From NCBI GenBank assembly GCA_965222875.1, contig CBDCVC010000002.1, positions 802,835 through 866,834 on the forward strand: a stretch of DNA of 64,000 bases, read 5' to 3'. The notes below the pieces were generated by a model, which had not been told where the DNA came from, ran no database searches, and saw nothing but the letters and a program-made list of their open reading frames with translations. This DNA is from Candidatus Multivorans sp. (GTDB taxonomy: Bacteria > Acidobacteriota > Thermoanaerobaculia > Multivoradales > Multivoraceae). The position numbers were made by a program, and so were the translations under genes. Below are positions 62,395-64,000 of this stretch, piece by piece (positions within the stretch are counted from its first letter, which is position 1; the number at the start of each line of letters is the position of its first letter).

Positions 62395-63014
62395 GCATCC
62401 GCTTCGACCGCTTCACCGGCACGATGGCGCCGCTGCCTACCCAGAACATCGACACCGACCAGATCATCCCGGCGTCCTACCTCAAGGTCACTGACCGCTC
62501 GGGTCTGGCCTCCGGCCTCTTCTGCCGCTGGCGCTATCGCGACGGCACCCCGGAGGGCTACCGAAACGAGGGCTTCGTGCTCAACCAGCCCCAGCATCAG
62601 GACGCGCGGATCCTGCTCGCCGGCGACAACTTCGGCTGCGGCAGCTCCCGCGAGCACGCGCCATGGGCGCTGGTCGGCTATGGCTTCCGCGCCGTGATCA
62701 GCACCTCCTTCGCCGACATCTTCTGCAGCAACGCGCTGAAGAACGGCCTCCTGGTCGTGCCGGTGAGCGAGGACGTCTCCGCCGCGCTGTTCGACGCCGT
62801 GGCAAACGACCCGGCAACCGAAGTCACGATCGACCTGGAAGCGCAGACAATCAGCCTGCCCGGCGGCGGCGAAGCGACGTTCGACGTCGACCCGTTCGCC
62901 CGCCGCTGCCTGCTCGACGGCACGGACCAGCTCGGCTACCTGCTTCAGCAGGCGCCTGCGATCCAGGCGTTCGAGGCCGGCCATCCCGCCCGGCTCGACA
63001 CGCGGTCGGCCTGA
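62391..63014 (+). CDS. leuD: 3-isopropylmalate dehydratase small subunit
   Basis: [27 protein letters not shown]; ATGA overlap with leuC. Confidence 0.9.
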   Translation: MSIRFDRFTGTMAPLPTQNIDTDQIIPASYLKVTDRSGLASGLFCRWRYRDGTPEGYRNEGFVLNQPQHQDARILLAGDNFGCGSSREHAPWALVGYGFRAVISTSFADIFCSNALKNGLLVVPVSEDVSAALFDAVANDPATEVTIDLEAQTISLPGGGEATFDVDPFARRCLLDGTDQLGYLLQQAPAIQAFEAGHPARLDTRSA

Positions 63015-63113
63015 GCGGGCCACCCGCGTCCCAGCCCTGAATTCCGTCTGAGTCCCATAGAGGCCGGAGCAAGACCCGGCGCGCGGCGGACTACAGAAAG
63101 GAGTTCAGAGTCA

Positions 63114-63611
63114 ATGCAGGAGATCGCAGTAGAATCCAGCACGGTATCGGCGCAGCGGAAGCTGCTCTTGGAGGCTGGCTTCGATGACGATCAGGCTCGG
63201 GCGGTAATCGACGTGACCGGCACAGGCAGCGAACAGCTCGCGCTCCGGACGGACTTGGCCGAGTTGAGGCGGGACGTCACCGTATTGAAGCAGGACGTCG
63301 CTGTACTCAAGCAGCAGACGGCGTCGCTCAACGAGCGGTTCGACAGCTTCCGGGACGAGGTCGCAGCCCGCATTGAGGCGTCCGAAGGGCGCGTCAAGAG
63401 CGAGATCGCAAGCGTCCGGAGCGAAATCGCCACGCTCTGCACCGAAATCCGGGGTCACGTCGAAGCGCTTCGGCTCGAGGCCAAAGCAACCGCAAAGGGA
63501 CAGGACGATCGGACGAAGCTGATCGTGTGGCTGCTGGGAGCGGGGCTGACGCTCTACACAGGCACGGTGGTTTCGTTGATGTTCCTCCTGTTCCGGGGCG
63601 TCGTGGCCTGA
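63114..63611 (+). CDS. Hypothetical coiled-coil protein with a C-terminal transmembrane helix (DUF1640-like)
   Basis: SD AAAGGAG; heptad-rich LRTDLAELRRDVTVLKQDVAVLKQQ..., with C-terminal KLIVWLLGAGLTLYTGTVVSLMFLLF. Confidence 0.55.
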   Translation: MQEIAVESSTVSAQRKLLLEAGFDDDQARAVIDVTGTGSEQLALRTDLAELRRDVTVLKQDVAVLKQQTASLNERFDSFRDEVAARIEASEGRVKSEIASVRSEIATLCTEIRGHVEALRLEAKATAKGQDDRTKLIVWLLGAGLTLYTGTVVSLMFLLFRGVVA

Positions 63612-63646
63612 GCCCCAGCCGGAAGAGCGCCAGCTACAATCGGCAA

Positions 63647-63808
63647 ATGGCCGAAGCGTTCGTCAAACTGATCAGCCTGCGCGGAGTTACCGACCCGGTG
63701 CATCGCCGGCTGACGATCGTCGTCTGGCTTCTGGCAGCATTCCTCACGGTCTCCGCAGCCACGACAACCCTGGTGATGATTCTCCTTTTCCGCCACATCC
63801 CGGGCTGA
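63647..63808 (+). CDS. Possible small membrane protein resembling the C-terminal tail of the preceding gene (low confidence)
   Basis: MAEAFVKLISLRGVTDPVHRRLTIVVWLLAAFLTVSAATTTLVMILLF parallels the ...KLIVWLLGAGLTLYTGTVVSLMFLLF tail of the 63114 gene. Confidence 0.25.
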   Translation: MAEAFVKLISLRGVTDPVHRRLTIVVWLLAAFLTVSAATTTLVMILLFRHIPG

Positions 63809-63872
63809 TTCGAGATCTCCCAGTCCCGCAAGCAGCGCCGCCGAAAGGGTTCGGCAACAGAGTGCCCATCTC

Positions 63873-64000
63873 ATGCAAGCGAACATCGTCCTCCTGCCCG
63901 GCGACGGGATCGGCCCCGAGGTCACCGCCGAGGCGGCCCGCGTTCTGAAGGTCGTCGCCGACCTCGGCGAACACAGCTTCCAGCTCGACGCCCACCCCAT
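63873..64000 (+). CDS. leuB: 3-isopropylmalate dehydrogenase (5' part; continues beyond the window)
   Basis: MQANIVLLPGDGIGPEVTAEAARVLKVV is the canonical LeuB N-terminus. Confidence 0.85.
   Translation, partial: MQANIVLLPGDGIGPEVTAEAARVLKVVADLGEHSFQLDAHP

Overview
This is a high-GC window (roughly 68-70% GC) from a bacterial chromosome. Strong GGAGG-type ribosome-binding sites, a TonB-dependent receptor, Tat/lipobox signal peptides, and a DUF222-HNH gene point to a high-GC Gram-negative lineage. This is a guess from gene content only; Gemmatimonadota- or Acidobacteriota-like is possible. The window divides into three parts. (i) From 1 to 15 kb is an accessory, defense-island-like region. 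On the minus strand it holds a sugar ABC uptake operon: solute-binding protein, ATPase, a glycoside hydrolase, and a lipoprotein gene split by an ISL3-family insertion sequence with a clear 8-bp target duplication. Next is a 1356-aa single-polypeptide restriction-modification enzyme of type IIG/IIL, Eco57I/MmeI-like. Beyond it lies a patch of decayed mobile and toxin-antitoxin remnants: a DUF222-HNH gene, a minimal nucleotidyltransferase (MNT) gene bracketed by 28-nt direct repeats that encode the C-terminus of an ABC ATPase, a VOC-family gene, and a 5'-truncated Fic gene. (ii) The middle holds a radical SAM gene followed by a split imuA-imuB / dnaE2 mutagenesis cassette, interrupted by about 4 kb of unrelated genes including a second orphan MNT. 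It also holds a roughly 1500-aa FG-GAP/ASPIC/thioredoxin/TPR protein interrupted by one in-frame TGA, a VapB-PIN pair, a molybdopterin oxidoreductase with FdhD, glutamate dehydrogenase, a CaCA antiporter, gcvP, and a large secreted HExxH protein. (iii) The right third is core metabolism: an IS1182-family element inserted just 3' of cimA, a SWIM-SNF2 helicase, a TonB-dependent receptor, a Tat-lipoprotein class-III aminotransferase, and the ilvE-ilvBNC-leuA-leuCD-(hypothetical)-leuB cluster. Several non-coding features stand out. A conserved 11-bp-stem palindrome with a conserved 3' flank occurs twice. A 15-bp and an 18-bp tandem duplication were found. Three phased TTGAACCACCC repeats sit at the ilvE start. 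One canonical intrinsic terminator is present. No rRNA, tRNA or CRISPR array was recognised by eye. All family assignments come from reading motifs in the translations; no database search was run.
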